Positions 63,006 to 64,000 of a stretch of 64,000 nt of DNA are shown here, in pieces (within the stretch, counting starts at the first letter, position 1; the number at the start of each line of letters is the position of its first letter). This DNA is from Carcharhinus amblyrhynchos (lineage: Eukaryota). The DNA is taken from assembly GCA_965287045.1 (NCBI GenBank), contig OZ336877.1:105028001-105092000 (forward strand), written 5' to 3'. The notes under the pieces were generated by a model. It worked only from the letters and a program-made list of their open reading frames with translations, was not told the origin of the DNA and made no database searches. The translations under genes and the position numbers were made by a program.

Positions 63006-63126
63006 GGCTATGGCCACACTGGTCTGAAAATGCCCAATCTCATCTGATCTCAGAAGTTAAGCAGACTCTGACCTGGTTCATACTTGAAACGGGAGTCCAA
63101 CTGGGAATACCAGGCACAACTAGGCT
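63006..63126 (+). pseudogene. 5S rRNA-derived copy (pseudogene or head of a 5S-SINE)
   Basis: The ~121 nt ggctatggccacac...gcccaatctcatctgatctcagaagttaagcag...cctggttcatacttg...ctgggaataccagg...taggct aligns end to end with vertebrate 5S. Many CpG-type substitutions and no TTTT terminator. Confidence 0.85.
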
Positions 63127-63202
63127 GTGACTGCTGGTGAAGGCTGCTCACGTCACTGTGGAACACATTCACTCTGCCACAAAATTGATAGGCCATCCCT
63201 TT

Positions 63203-63490
63203 GTTTAAGTTTATTTATTAGCATCACCAGTAAGCTTACGTTAAAACTGCAATGACATTACTGTGAAAATCCCCTCATTGCCACACTCCAGCGCCTGCTC
63301 GGGTACACTAAGGGAGAATTTAGCATGGCCAATGCAAACAACCAGCACATCTTTCGGACTGTGAGAGGAAACTGGAGCACTGGGAGGAAACCCATACGGA
63401 CACTGGGAGAGTGTGCAGACTCTATACAGACAGTGACCCAAGCCGGGAATTGAACCCGGGTCCCTGTGCTGTGAGGCAGCAGTGCTGCCC
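63203..63490 (-). mobile_element. Alternative-tail V-SINE
   Basis: Same family as 11570-11890. Confidence 0.85.
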
Positions 63491-64000
63491 AGAACACTTG
63501 GGGCCATCCACAACTGCATTTGACACAGAGTCCAGAGAGAATCGTCAGCCCCAACACAGTATTTTAGTCTAATTTGTTAAGTTTCCTTCAAAGTTTTGAA
63601 TATTTTTTGTTACAGTGCTCCTTTAAGGGGCTGTTAATTAGTTCATTCAATAGTAAGTTCATTTAATAGTTCATTGATTGCTCTATCCTATAACGAGGTG
63701 CTTACTGACACTGTTCCAGAGTTAGGAGCTGTTCTTTTATATCGCCTCGCTTTGTGGATAAATTTAAAACTGAGTAAAGATGGACTCCTGGACTCCTCTT
63801 TCACCAACTGGCTCTGAGAAGTTTAAAGGGGTGAGAGTTGGAAAGTAGGATTTTTTTTAAAGTTACAATCTGAGTGGATTTTAAGCAGAATGGCTGAAAG
63901 CAAGTGAAATTTGCCAGGTTATGACAACCTACCAATGTTTTTGGAGTCTCAATCTTTTGGTCAGTTGAAGAATTGAGTGGAAATGAGGGCAAGCATTATG

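Overview
Vertebrate genomic DNA, almost certainly from a shark or other elasmobranch, judged from its repeat content (HE1-type V-SINEs, CR1/HER1-type LINEs, Deu-domain SINEs). The whole window lies inside one minus-strand gene, the adhesion GPCR ADGRB1 (BAI1). Six short coding exons were read directly, each with AG/GT boundaries and compatible phases: 61112-61214, 48280-48430, 39392-39461, 23010-23076, 22783-22868 and a 99-nt ICL3 exon at 12584-12682. They cover TM2 to ICL3; the flanking exons were not found and probably lie outside the window. The rest is intron, densely filled with decayed CR1 and Rex1-like LINEs, a second LINE family, several SINE families, MITEs, Penelope-type inverted repeats, a Gmr1-order Gypsy relic and a 5S-derived copy. 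Nearly all ORFs in the supplied track are TE-derived or spurious. I found no evidence for a new multi-gene system. The most notable observations are minimal hammerhead-ribozyme motifs in Penelope-type inserts (one with a U3-A8 core on the pre-mRNA strand), the ICL3 cassette-like exon with downstream UGCAUG motifs, a 26-bp hairpin fully paired only in the sense RNA, RFX and MEIS motif clusters in TE-free islands, and a microhomology-bounded templated duplication. Repeat boundaries are approximate (about +/-20-50 bp) and family names come from recall, not from a database search.
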